Assembly: GCA_900128585.1 (NCBI GenBank)
Contig: LT642169.1
Coordinates: 1-46,289, forward strand
Direction: 5' to 3'
Length of the DNA: 46,289 nucleotides
DNA from: Stramenopiles sp. TOSAG23-3
Lineage: Eukaryota
Shown one piece after another: positions 10,701 through 20,900 of this stretch (position 1 is its first letter; every line of letters starts with the position of its first letter). A program made the position numbers and the translations under genes. The notes beneath the pieces were generated by a model. That model ran no database searches, had not been told where the DNA came from, and was given only the letters and a program-made list of their open reading frames with translations.

Positions 10701-13209
10701 TACGTCTTCCACGCCATTCAAGGTTGGAGCGATCGCTGCCGCACACGGGCAGGCGATAGCAAACGTAGACAACAAAAACTCGTGGGGAAACGGCAGCCAA
10801 CGCAGCACGCCGGGCAACACGTTCGGAGACTCCAAAAGTTCCCCTGGTGGACTCAATTTGTCCAGGAAAGTCAAAAGCAACCCGTTGAGTTTGCAAGATG
10901 TGCTGTCGTCTGCGAAGGGGAACAATTCGACTGACGGGAGGGCGGCATTGCCCGAGCTTTCTGTTTTTTCCGGGTACAAAGAGAAGCCCAACTTAAACAC
11001 GTTATTCAACAATTCAAGTGATCATACGGCACAGAAACCGCTGGCAACGGCAAAGCCGGCAAAAACGAAAGAGTCGCCGGCAGCGCCAGCGCCAAGTACC
11101 AAACCAGTAGCAAAGTTTCGCATGCCGATAAGAGTTCAGAGCTTTGTGTTTTCGCCGCCCCCGTCGAACAATACTGGTGGGGCAAGTCAGGTCGTGAGTG
11201 AAGTTAAACGTGCAGGTAAATCGTCGGCATTTTCTTTCCGCGAGATTGACGCAAATGCCGATAATTTGAACATGGCATACCCTACTCAGCTCGTTGCGGA
11301 CGTCGATGATTCGCCAACTGAAAGTACTCCGACGAAGCCGACGGGTGGCACCATCAAGGATGTTGTGCCATCGAAGAAAGCGGTCACGGCGGCTCCCGGG
11401 GCAAACCCGTGGGCAGCACACCTTCCAAAACCGGGAGAGTGGGTATGCCCGGCGTGTTCCGTCCGAAATAAAAAAGGGGCTGCAAAATGCGTCTCTTGCG
11501 AATCAGAAAACCCCAATGGAGGAGGGGCTGCCTCATCTGCTGCTCCAAGTAAGCCACATGCATCAAGCGGCCCCAAATTCACGTTTGGCGCAGCGCCCAA
11601 GTCGGGGCTGGTCGATAGCAAAAGCGATGCTCCGAAATTTTCGTTTGGGGCAGCACCGAAATCAGGGCTAGCTGACAAAAAAACAAAGAGCGATGCTCCG
11701 AAATTCTCATTTGGTGCCCCTGCGAAGTCCAGTGGCCCCAAATTTTCTTTTGGGGCTATGAAGCCACCCGGAGAAGGAGACGATGATAGTGACGACGATT
11801 CCTCTAGTGCACCAAAAAAGAAAAAAAGGTCGAATCCTGGAAGTACTTTTAAGATGACAATTCCAGAGGCAAAGAGTAAGACACCAACGAAATCCAGCAG
11901 TGGGATGTTCTCATTCGGAGGGTCATCTGCAACATCTACCGACGCTCCAAAAGCGGCAAGTGCTGCAAGTACATTTAAATTCGGTGGTTCTTCAGCTGTC
12001 AGTAAGCCCGCAGACAGTTCCGCGCCAACGTTTGGTAGCGGGGGGGCCCTGCCCATCCCTGCAGCGAAAACTGACGATTCGTCCAGTAGCTCTGGGGGGG
12101 CTGGTGGGTTAACCTTTGGGGCTACTGGCGACGCGCCAAAAGCGGCAAGTGCTGCAAGCACGTTTAAATTTGGTGGATCTTCGGCTGTCATGCCAGCATT
12201 TGGCAGTACACCTGCTCCTGCTCCATCTGCTTCACCTGCCGCTTCGTTTGTATTTGGTGGGGCACCGACTGCCAGCAAACCAGAGAGTTCAGTGCCAGCA
12301 TTTGGTAGCGCACCTGCACCTGCGCCATCTGCTTCGCCTGCCAGTTCGTTTGTGTTTGGGGGTGCGAGCAATACAAATAGCACCACCGCTGCCGCGCCAG
12401 CAACGACTGGGGCAGCATCATCGTTTCAGTTTGGAGCAGGTGGTGCAAATAGTTCAACCACAAACAACACTAGTTCTGCTCCTGCTGCCGGGGCCTTTCA
12501 GTTCGGGGCCACCGGTTCGAACAACGCAATGGGCGGCAATGCCATTGGCGGGGGGAATGCTATGGGCGGTATGAATACACAAGCACCCTCAAGTGGATTT
12601 GGAGGCGGCAGTACGTTTGGAGGTGGCAACGGTAGCAACACTACTGGATTTGGGACCTCGAACGCTGCGGCAGGATTCGGAAGCGGCGCAGTCACTGGGT
12701 TTGGAGGCCAGGCTGCTGCACCCTCGAACACAATGGGTACCAGTGCCGCAGGTGCTGCGGGCTTCGGCAACCCACCGATGAGTTCTGGCGGTGCAATGTT
12801 TGGCAATGGAAACAGCAATGGGAATACTTTCGGGGGCGGCAATACCAACACCTTCGGTGGAAATGCTGCCCCAGCGGCCCAAGGAAGTTTCGGTGCTGTT
12901 CCACAGGGTAATGCCTTTGGTGGTAGCGCAGCGGGGTTTGGAAACCAGGCCGGGCAAGCAGCGCAAGCCTTCGGCGGCAGTGCAGCGTCTACAGGCTTCG
13001 GAGCCCCAGCTGCAACATCAGGTTTTGGAAACAGCATGGGCGGTGGCGGTTTTGGTGGCGCAGTAGCTAGCAGTGCGGGAGGCTTTGGCGGTGGTATGGG
13101 CGGAGGTTTCGGAGCCGCGCCCGGCGGTGGCGGGGGCGGAGGGACCTTCAGTATGGGAACCAAAGCGAAGCCCGGAAGAAAGAGGGTGAAGGCGAAACGA
13201 AGAAGATGA
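7765..13209 (+). CDS. Nup153/Nup1-like nuclear basket FG nucleoporin with SAP, Myb-like and RanBP2 zinc-finger domains
   Basis: 1814 aa. SAP-like MKVAKIKTHLKSLGLEQDGKKDVVKARL; Myb-like RWSEEDKAAL..RDWSDISKALGRSKGAVEGKY; AKRILDTLEQMSTP (Nup153-like); RanBP2 ZnF GEWVCPACSVRN..KCVSC; many FxFG/FG repeats; basic C-terminus RKRVKAKRRR like the Nup153/Nup1 importin-binding tail. Confidence 0.85.
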   Translation: MSSSGKRRSGRRRTGTKGARSSRRKSFLNQIGSYIGLGTAESESEGYSSLTDNDSIGTNGDQDALPDASPANGPSPSRTGSSEPNDSFALEETPTGGDNGLGVGLRLKPQLSEEELHKLKYKGAYVRSMKVAKIKTHLKSLGLEQDGKKDVVKARLIAAIVELHHAAENPYFLKSPSPKPSKASKRSKNEAPGKAPTRKSLEKAETKPATATRASRRTRKKADEPKDENPSVSPTRRSTRARAPPKKEDPPAVRQSSRRNAAVSKTISPQEGNPKKPEKAKKAAAAKKKKPSARKKTTGRWSEEDKAALVEMRDSGRDWSDISKALGRSKGAVEGKYRQLKKVVDGQKTAKPDVETGRRSTRRSSKRKIADVGHAETEEPPKQRAPSRKRAAKPSSPAKERLLKGRAASTEEAASDEIEMDETPKEPTKMTSKKFKDRKQPPYLAEECPDTSRIGNDGRMYKSEANKRGKYRWLLDKAAKVAKAPVAKAAKASKRVSNKSVVKEVVRKPEPVEQDVLDDDAEVGAPEEFDAAEASASAEAKSFEEDIVELLQDDEEDEVAVEQLKPAVSQASEELNYNDPEVLKQFINKIGNKKIQSELLSGLERGTKGEEENVERNQSPEIVLKPPRRSAGGSSHDGAGNEGHSSTSGPEALTVVELSGIGGSLAQDQSPFVAPAPIKPIAQKPDSITTPESSLVASDPRSRTETNQVIRTFIGMHRREDAGVTVSNNTDSWGSVADDEPRSGFVAPFQVRPQGNGGTPVYKHADTPYVQRAQGYMNGNANAGTPQFHGPRPDYVPGVYSMQRRSQYAPVGYLPDPRRYPYSAPRMRPGMQGYNPTPGHPGSGKRPRPVDLPYLTYSTSRPVAQNGALMRSDLESPTPYAQRHSAKKRRTSVGGYLGTPGNFSYGQPPFSSRNAYSSSYTDGYARPRSKPRIRGPVNQILLGNSATKSPASTPIRSTDVAKRILDTLEQMSTPMSRKSTSSTPFKVGAIAAAHGQAIANVDNKNSWGNGSQRSTPGNTFGDSKSSPGGLNLSRKVKSNPLSLQDVLSSAKGNNSTDGRAALPELSVFSGYKEKPNLNTLFNNSSDHTAQKPLATAKPAKTKESPAAPAPSTKPVAKFRMPIRVQSFVFSPPPSNNTGGASQVVSEVKRAGKSSAFSFREIDANADNLNMAYPTQLVADVDDSPTESTPTKPTGGTIKDVVPSKKAVTAAPGANPWAAHLPKPGEWVCPACSVRNKKGAAKCVSCESENPNGGGAASSAAPSKPHASSGPKFTFGAAPKSGLVDSKSDAPKFSFGAAPKSGLADKKTKSDAPKFSFGAPAKSSGPKFSFGAMKPPGEGDDDSDDDSSSAPKKKKRSNPGSTFKMTIPEAKSKTPTKSSSGMFSFGGSSATSTDAPKAASAASTFKFGGSSAVSKPADSSAPTFGSGGALPIPAAKTDDSSSSSGGAGGLTFGATGDAPKAASAASTFKFGGSSAVMPAFGSTPAPAPSASPAASFVFGGAPTASKPESSVPAFGSAPAPAPSASPASSFVFGGASNTNSTTAAAPATTGAASSFQFGAGGANSSTTNNTSSAPAAGAFQFGATGSNNAMGGNAIGGGNAMGGMNTQAPSSGFGGGSTFGGGNGSNTTGFGTSNAAAGFGSGAVTGFGGQAAAPSNTMGTSAAGAAGFGNPPMSSGGAMFGNGNSNGNTFGGGNTNTFGGNAAPAAQGSFGAVPQGNAFGGSAAGFGNQAGQAAQAFGGSAASTGFGAPAATSGFGNSMGGGGFGGAVASSAGGFGGGMGGGFGAAPGGGGGGGTFSMGTKAKPGRKRVKAKRRR

Positions 13210-13256
13210 GAGTGGCCAAAGCACTGTAACAAAACCAATTAATTTGTTATCATGCT

Positions 13257-13279
13257 AAATAACAGCCAATTTTCTTGTT
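13257..13279 (-). repeat. Dispersed 3'-flank element (AACAAGAAAATTGGCTGTTATTT), copy A, flanked by 14-bp direct repeat
   Basis: aaataacagccaattttcttgtt lies between two copies of tttgttatcatgct (13243-13256 and 13280-13293); same motif at 27586, 29943, 30370, 35784. Confidence 0.85.
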
Positions 13280-13489
13280 TTTGTTATCATGCTTCTTCCA
13301 CAATCCGTGGGGGGAAAACATTGTTTTGTTTTTCTTCCTCCACTCCCGCAAAGAAGCGAATTTTAAAATATTAAGAAATTTTTTTAATTCACATAGGTTA
13401 TTAAGAAAATATACTAACCTCGTGTATATACATATGGATCAGTTGAGCCTGCAGGCGTAAGTTCTTACTTTAAACTACGAAGTAAGTTC

Positions 13490-14215
13490 TTAGTAATTTT
13501 CGTTCCCAAACGTAGGCCGGAGTCGCTGTGCCAAAGACCGGTGGTTTCTGTTCCTTCGACGCAGCTGCGAGGAACCACCCTGTTGCCTCGGCATATCGCT
13601 ATTTACATTTCGAAGGTCCGTATTTCTATTTGCCCTTTCATTTTCTATACGCGCGTCTTCATTTGAACCGCTGCGATGTGGTACATTTGCTTGCGCTTGA
13701 CGGTTGCCGAGTCCCATGTTTTGGAACGGGCCTCGCTGATTCGGGTTTGGTCTACGCCTCCAGGGGGAAGTTTGGGTTGGTTGTTGTTGCTGTTGTTGTT
13801 CCCTTCTCCTGTGGCGCCGCTGCGGGGACGGGGATCCTTGGGTCTCCGGCATAATATTTTCGCCGTTGTTTGGGGCCAAATGCTGTGGAGATTTTTGAAG
13901 TGGCTCTCGGGATGGTGACCATTGTCCTTGCATATTGTAGGAAAGCTCGCCCATAACGTGGTCGGGAATACGGAAACCTGTCATCGCACCCGCCGCTTGG
14001 TTTTCAGTGTCTCTTGGAGCTGCATTGCTATCGATTTTCTGATCGGAATCTTCCCAAGCCGATGTCGAATTTCTAGCTCTCGTTCGATCACGCCTCAATA
14101 CCCTGCGATCGGGGCTACATATTGGGAACATGCTATGGAGTCGCTCTTGTTGCGAAACGCCAGTGGCCGCTTTCGAGTCCAGCAAGTGCGTGACCTGGTT
14201 ACTATTCAAGTTCAT
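13490..14215 (-). CDS. Hypothetical, probably disordered Q/N/R-rich protein
   Basis: 241-aa ATG ORF filling a GC-richer island between AT-rich spacers; no recognisable domain. Confidence 0.65.
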   Translation of the reverse strand: MNLNSNQVTHLLDSKAATGVSQQERLHSMFPICSPDRRVLRRDRTRARNSTSAWEDSDQKIDSNAAPRDTENQAAGAMTGFRIPDHVMGELSYNMQGQWSPSREPLQKSPQHLAPNNGENIMPETQGSPSPQRRHRRREQQQQQQPTQTSPWRRRPNPNQRGPFQNMGLGNRQAQANVPHRSGSNEDARIENERANRNTDLRNVNSDMPRQQGGSSQLRRRNRNHRSLAQRLRPTFGNENY

Positions 14216-15190
14216 AGCGTTCCAAAGTCAAATATTAACAGCGTATATTTCACCGGCCTTGCCAAATATATTTGTGAGTATATTTATGCGTACAGACATA
14301 TATTTCTGAAACTACCCGTGATAAATATGTTTTGTTTGTTGTTTTACTTTCCTTTTGAATGCAGGTAGTAGAGTCTTAAGTAACTTTTTTTCTTTCTTTC
14401 AAGCACAATGTACTACAAAGCAATATAAAAATATCAGCAAAAAAATAAAAATAAAATAATAATAAAAAAAATATAATTTTTAATTTTATACCCGCCGCCG
14501 TGTATATATAATACATGGAAATAACAAGGAAGAAGAAGAAATCAAACTTTTGTCTTTTTTCTTTTTTTTTTTCCTTCTTCCTCCTTCTTCTTCTTCTTCT
14601 ATCTTCTTCTCCACAAAAAAAACATCATCATTTTTTTTTCGCATCATACCAACAAATACATGCTATTGCATCCTATTCCTATGTTCATGTATGTGCTTGT
14701 CTTTACTTTCAACAAGAAGTCTAATAAAGTGACAAATAATAATATTTTATATGAACATAGTATAGGATAAAAAATAATTATATAATAAAAGAAAGAAGAA
14801 AGAAGAAGACTTCGTTCGGTCTCTCTCTCTCTCCTTCTTTATTTACTTTTATTTAATGTTATCTCCTCCTTCCTTTTCTTATATAAAATACTTCTTTCTG
14901 TATTTGAGCTGATTAAGATTAAGATTAACGGTTTTTGAAAAAAGAAGTTTCTGAAATAAGACGAATTTTAATAGGTAAATATATTACCATTAATACATAT
15001 TATTAATAATAATAATTATATTTAAATGTTTACTATACAATATAAAAGTACAATTAAATTAATACTATTCTATGGAATTATTGCTCTACCGTTATTTTAA
15101 TTAACATAAAAGCAGAGCAACACAACAGGTCTCCCTATTATACTGTATTAATATTGCGTATAATAATTAATAATAATATAAATAATATCG

Positions 15191-15441
15191 ACGAAGAAAG
15201 AAGCAAGAAGCAAGAAGCAAGAAGCAAGAAGCAAGAAGAAGAAGAAGAAGAAGAAGAAGAAAAAGAAAAAAAAGCTTTACTGCTGTGTTTGTAGTACATT
15301 ATACTACTGTATAATAATAAAAAAAAGAAGAAGAACGAAAAGAAGAAAGAGGAAGAAGAAGAAAGAAAACGAAGAAGAAAAGAAGAAGAAAGAAAGAAGA
15401 AGAAGCAGAAGAAGAAGAATTTTTTATAACAGAAGAAGAAT
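15191..15441 (+). repeat. (GAAGCAA)n and (GAA)n microsatellites
   Basis: About five gaagcaa units followed by gaa tracts. Confidence 0.85.
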
Positions 15442-15628
15442 AATAGAAATTAATAATAAAATAATAAGTTCACCAAGTTCAATCAATTTTCTACATTCAC
15501 TTTGTTCCATTCTTCTTTGTACATATAAGAACAGACCTTTCTTTTTTTATTCATTGACATAATACCTCTTTGTCCATTCTTCTTGCCAACATTGCCAACT
15601 TGCCGTTTTCCCCAACTCAGTGAACAAC

Positions 15629-16453
15629 ATGGGGAACGCACAGCAGGGTTCGCAGCATAGTAGTCGGCGGCAGGCTTCGGAAAGCGCGTTTGATCGTGCG
15701 GAAGCAGGAGAAACGTTTGAACCGTATTCGGATTCCCCATCGAAGGAGGACGATTCGTGGTTTGGTTCGGCAGAAAGTGCCATTCGGAGGCATTTAGGGA
15801 GCGAAAGTGCCAAAGCAAAGCCCTCGCCGGAAAAAAACAAGGAGCCCGAGTCGTTTACTTCGGGGATCTTTTCGGGCGCGTCAAACTTGGTCCGAAAAGT
15901 TAGCGGGGCAGGAACCGAAGCCCCTGCAAAGAGCGCGGGGTCCTCCGAAAGTACTTGGGCTAGGATGCCGTTTGGCGGGGGTGAAATAGCGGATGCGGCA
16001 GCGACAACGACGGAAAACCCGTGTCCATGTATCGAGCTCACGTACAAGCAGCGGGTTTTTGGATTTATATTGTTTTTCGTTTTGGGTGGTATATCCAGTG
16101 GCATAAGCACGATGTACGTACCCATGATTGTGATAAAGCCCTCAAAGTTTGCGATACCGTATACGGTGGGCAACTTGATGTCAATGGGAAGTACTGGATT
16201 TTTGGTCGGTCCGGGACGGCAATGCAAAACCATGTTTGATAGCACAAGAAGGCAAGCATCGTCTGTCTTTTTTGTTTCAATGTTTGCTACATTGTATTTT
16301 GCTTTCGTACGGAAAAGCGGGATTGGTACTATCGTGTTCGTCATAATTCAGCTCATGGCGTACGCGTGGTACATTGCGTCTTACATCCCATTTGGAAGGG
16401 CGTTGTTGAAAAAATGCACCTTTGGTCTGGCTGGCTGCTGCTGCGCCCGTTAG
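15629..16453 (+). CDS. SFT2: Vesicle transport protein SFT2/Got1 family
   Basis: LTYKQRVFGF, PSKFAIPYTVGNL, TGFLVGPGRQCKTMF, WYIASYIPFGR with four hydrophobic segments; first ATG at 15629 (ORF track start 15620 is GTG). Confidence 0.93.
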   Translation: MGNAQQGSQHSSRRQASESAFDRAEAGETFEPYSDSPSKEDDSWFGSAESAIRRHLGSESAKAKPSPEKNKEPESFTSGIFSGASNLVRKVSGAGTEAPAKSAGSSESTWARMPFGGGEIADAAATTTENPCPCIELTYKQRVFGFILFFVLGGISSGISTMYVPMIVIKPSKFAIPYTVGNLMSMGSTGFLVGPGRQCKTMFDSTRRQASSVFFVSMFATLYFAFVRKSGIGTIVFVIIQLMAYAWYIASYIPFGRALLKKCTFGLAGCCCAR

Positions 16454-16794
16454 GAATCCGTTGGCGTTTTTGAACCACGCCGTGCGTAAAAATATACATA
16501 TAAAAAAATGAAAGTTAAACTCTGATAATAATAATAGACACTATATATAGAAGCTAGAAAAGAAGAGAAGTGAGACCCTCCTCCTCTCGATCCTTTCTTC
16601 TTCCTTTATTATAAAATTAAGTGGAAAAATTGTATTCTAAAATATCTTCTTCTCTATAAATTTAGATATCTATTTAACAACAGTACGGTACCCGGTATTA
16701 ACCTGGGTAATACCTACCTATATAATACCTCATTCTAAATTACTTCGTCGTTCTTCTTCTTCTCCTCATCCATCGATCCATCATCATCATTGAT

Positions 16795-16920
16795 GAAGAG
16801 AAAGAGAAGAAGAAGAAGAAGAAGAAGAAGAAGAAGAAGAAGAAGAAGAAGAAGAAGAAGAAGAAAGAAGAAATAAAAGAAGAAGAAGAAGAAGAAGAAG
16901 AAGAAGAAAAAAGGAAGAGT
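16795..16920 (+). repeat. (GAA)n microsatellite
   Basis: Long gaa tract. Confidence 0.9.
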
Positions 16921-17078
16921 AAAAAAAAGATATCTTCTTGAAAAGAAGATAGTAAAGTTTTTTTTAGTGTTGGGAGGAAAGATATTTAAACTGTGCAGCA
17001 AATAGTGTAGCATTCTGTGAGAAAAAAATTATCCGATTGCAAAGAGAAACTTAGAAACTTAGTGGTTGAACTGGAACG

Positions 17079-17786
17079 ATGGAGGCCTCCCATATTTTGC
17101 TCCATGAACATTCACAAGGGGCATTTCACTTGGATAAATTTCAGAACGCTATAGAGAGTTTTGATTCGAACGACCACAAAGTGGCGCTGGCAGAGCTATT
17201 AAAGTCTAAAGTCGATAGTCCTGCATACCGAATAAGCGATGATGTAGATTTGTACTTGCAGAATGGACTGGAACGGGAACATGCCTCGCAAATTTATGCG
17301 GCTACTGGTAGAAACAAGATTACGTCCCCACAGCGCTGTCCGGGCTGGCTCTGTTGCCTTTTGCCCTGTTTGAACGGTACTCCAAAAATGAAAGCCTATT
17401 TTTCCTCGCAGTCTGAAAGTACCTCTGTTGTTCGGAGCGGCAAGCGGTTTTTAATCGATAGCGAGGGGTTAGTCGTTGGGGATGTTATACAGTTGTTTTC
17501 CGGTGATTGCGTCCCCGCCGACTGCCGAATTATAGAGGTAACTACCAAGAGCGAAGACGTGCGGTTCGACGCCTCGGTACTGTGTGGAGTGGTAGACCAT
17601 TCCCAGCGAATGGTGGCCCATGGTTCGGAAAATTGTACGTCGGATGCTATTGTTGAGTCCGAAAATATATGTTGGGCAGGATCTACTGTGGTTTCGGGAG
17701 CGTGCAAGTGTGTAGTCCTTGCAGTGGGAGAAAACCTCTTGTGGAGCCGTTTGATTAAATCTGGAAGATGGATAAGTAAGAGGTAA
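17079..17786 (+). CDS. Stand-alone P-type ATPase actuator (A) domain protein (cation-ATPase N-terminal segment plus E1-E2 A-domain; no TM helices or P/N domains)
   Basis: DHKVALAEL..NGL....A......GRNKIT.P resembles the type II P-ATPase N-terminus; VVRSG...IDSEGLVVGDVIQLFSGDCVPADCRII and NICWAGSTVVSG..KCVV.AVGEN match the A domain; TGES position reads CGVV; no DKTGT; stop before M3. Confidence 0.8.
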   Translation: MEASHILLHEHSQGAFHLDKFQNAIESFDSNDHKVALAELLKSKVDSPAYRISDDVDLYLQNGLEREHASQIYAATGRNKITSPQRCPGWLCCLLPCLNGTPKMKAYFSSQSESTSVVRSGKRFLIDSEGLVVGDVIQLFSGDCVPADCRIIEVTTKSEDVRFDASVLCGVVDHSQRMVAHGSENCTSDAIVESENICWAGSTVVSGACKCVVLAVGENLLWSRLIKSGRWISKR

Positions 17787-17943
17787 ACAGTTGGTTTGTA
17801 ATTTAGTATCATAACTGAAGTTTAAGAATTATCTGGAACACATTGTAATAAAGAATAATACCACGACTACTCTCGTAAAAAAAAATGAACCCTCTTTTAA
17901 TTTTTTAAAATCGACCTCTATACTTTGGCAGGCATAATTATAT

Positions 17944-20900
17944 CTATACAGGGCTTTTTACAAAGCGTGAGAGTATCGCGCTCTCTTGTTGCCTGCGAAC
18001 CCGCAGGACATGCGTCACCGATGAGTGGACGTCAAAGAAAAAGTTCGACTTGCCAATCATATCAACAAACCCGGCATGCTTTAACGTTGTGTACACATTG
18101 CTGGTGCATTTCGCCACGTACACTTGAACGCCTCCTAATCCGTTGATTTGTTCAAAAAGCTGCGATATGCCAATTGCAGCAGTTGCATCAATCCACGGAA
18201 TGCAGCTAAAGTCTAGCACCAAGCTTTCCCACAAAAGGAGACCATCGTCGCCTGTACTGTTGGCTAAGTGCTCGTTTACAGTCTTCTCCAACTCGGAAAA
18301 GTTAGCAAAAAACAGGGGGGCTTCAAACCGCAGTATCAAAATCCCGTCTGGTCTCTTAATTCTGGAATTCGATTTGCCAGATTTTAAAGGTCTGTAATCG
18401 GTCGAGTTGGGTGCTCGACCGAGCGTTGATATGACCGGAACGGACGCGGCCTTCAAAAATATTGCAATAGAAAGCGCGACACTGGCTAATAATCCGTTTG
18501 TAATTCCCAAGGTCATAGTAAATATGGCCCCGAGAACAAGAAGAAAAAAATCGCTTTTGGAAATTTTCCACAACATTTTAATTTCCTTGACATCAACCAG
18601 GCCGCTGACAGCGCCGATGATTACCACTGCAATGACAAACTTTGGAAGAAACGCAATTGCGGGGGCGACGGTAAAAGTAATTACAAGGGCAAACAGCGCC
18701 GACAGCAAAAGACTCATTTGCGAGACGGCGCCAGCTGACACATTGATTGCCGTTCGAGAAAACCCACCCCCCGTAACAAAGCATGAAAACAAACCACCGA
18801 ATATGTTCGATAACCCAAGGGCAAAGAGTTCGTGGTTTTCATCGACGGACACTTTGATCTTTTGCGCGCAAATTTTAGCATTTGCAAGGTGTTCGATGAG
18901 CATCAAAGATGAAAGAAGCAAGCAATTCATTGCCAAAGTAGCGTAAACGGAGAAGGGGACCGGGGGGGCGTTGGGTGCATTTACAATGGGGGCAATCGGG
19001 CCTATGACGGCAACGGCTCCACATTTGTACTTCCCTGTCTCGGCTGAAGTGGCTGCGCAAAACCGGGATTGCTTAGCGAGCAGCTCGTTCTTTGTAAAGT
19101 TTGAGTAATCTATTATGCTACCATACATGGGCTCTCCATTTTTTTCTCCACACGTAAGATTAATTACCTGCTTCAAAATATTAATTCGGTGCTCATATGA
19201 CAAAACAACAAAGTTATGTTTCTCCGATGCTTCCAGCGCGAGCGGGGAAGTGTACAACCACATCAAAAAGTCCACTACAGCTCTTCGTTCCGTACAAGTT
19301 CTGCGGGAATTGGGCCTAGAAAACTTTCTCATTGCAATATAGGTGTAACTTGAGATAGGCCACGCCCCCGTCGACGAATTTACGGACGCACTGGAGATCA
19401 AATCCAACGGCCTCGCAGACCCCCTCGCCGCTGCTATGGCCGCGTGCACAGCTTCACGAGACGGGGTAATTGGAACCTTGGCACCGTTCTCAAAGGCTAT
19501 GCACTGAAGATCTTTGTGGCGCTTTACGTCTCCCACCACAGCGTACCCAATACTGTACGGCGTGGAATAGACCACATCGATCACTCCGGCATTGTACAGC
19601 CCTTTTATCGATGAAGATGGCCAGGCCGCCACCTTGCCCACCCCAGGAGTGAAATTAGAGACAAACGACGCAAGCGCACTGGTAAAAATGGCCGTTGTCC
19701 CGGAACTATCCTGACGCACAACTGGCTGGATCTTTTTATGGGGCAGCAAAAGCATGAAGTTGGGATTTTGTGCCAAAATATCTTCGTGGTCCCAATACTG
19801 TATATCCCCCTTGAATATTTTTGCCAGCGTAGCTTTCTTCAGCACCAAGTGCGCCGATTCCCCAAGGGGGACACCGGGGACATTGGCAGTAGCGCATACA
19901 GCTGATGCTAGAGATGGGACAAGCAGTACAGCCTCTGCGTTAGTATTGTATGTGGCATACGTCGAGTTTTTAATTTCCACGTCTGTTCCAGCAAAGTCAA
20001 CTGTGTTCTCTAAGATAGATTTTATACCATTGCCAGATCCCGTCGGTAAGTATTTTACCCGCTGGGCTTTGTCGCCGTGGCACTCAAACGTAGTCGCCGC
20101 CAACTGATATGCCCATGCTGGAAGGGATGCACCAACACCACTGGCCGCAGCAATAATGTCTTTCCCTACGGTTTCTGACGCACTAGTACGAAACGCTTCG
20201 AAGTCGCAGAGCGATCCTCCAAATAGCATACCGATAACCAAGAGAACCACGACTGGGTGAAATTGTGAAACGCACTTGGAAACCCGCTTTCTTCTGATTT
20301 CATTCTTGTCAAGGTCGTTCTCGGAAGGTAGGTCAGCGCCTTTGGCTTTCTCTTCATCGGACTGGTAACCTTCAATTTCCTTGCGTAAATGGTCTTCCCC
20401 GGGCTTGACCCACAACGGTTTGAATCCCGACTTTGCCGCTCGGTGCACCTGTTTAAGCGCAGCGGCAAAAACGATGGTAAACAGTGCACATACGAATGTA
20501 AATACTTCCAACGAAGAGATTGATTCAAAAATGTTCGGAAGCAACGTTTGAATAGCCGATGACTTATTGTACGATATCCCAAATACATGCTTCAATTGAC
20601 CTAGTATTACTAGAAACGCCGATGCACTCACAAACCCTTTTAGAACTGGTCGCGATACCAACGTGCTTGTCATGGAGCCGACGCGCAACAAAGAAAGTAG
20701 GATTAGTAACGCCCCGCACAAAATGGTACATGCTAGAACTATGTGCACCCTAGTATACGTAGGGTGTAAGTTGTGGAATTCGTCCACGATGGACCCCAGC
20801 AGCAAGCATGGTATGCTCATTGGACCAATTGCGATGTTCTTGGAGCCGCCAAACAGGCTATAGATCAATGCTGGAAAAATCACGGAGTAGCAACCAAGCT

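Noticed and set aside
19150-20160. PstS segment as bacterial contamination or chimeric assembly
   Set aside because: It is in frame at both junctions, sits at a topologically sensible loop, lacks its own signal peptide and has Cys/sequon-rich linkers. Read-level confirmation is still desirable.
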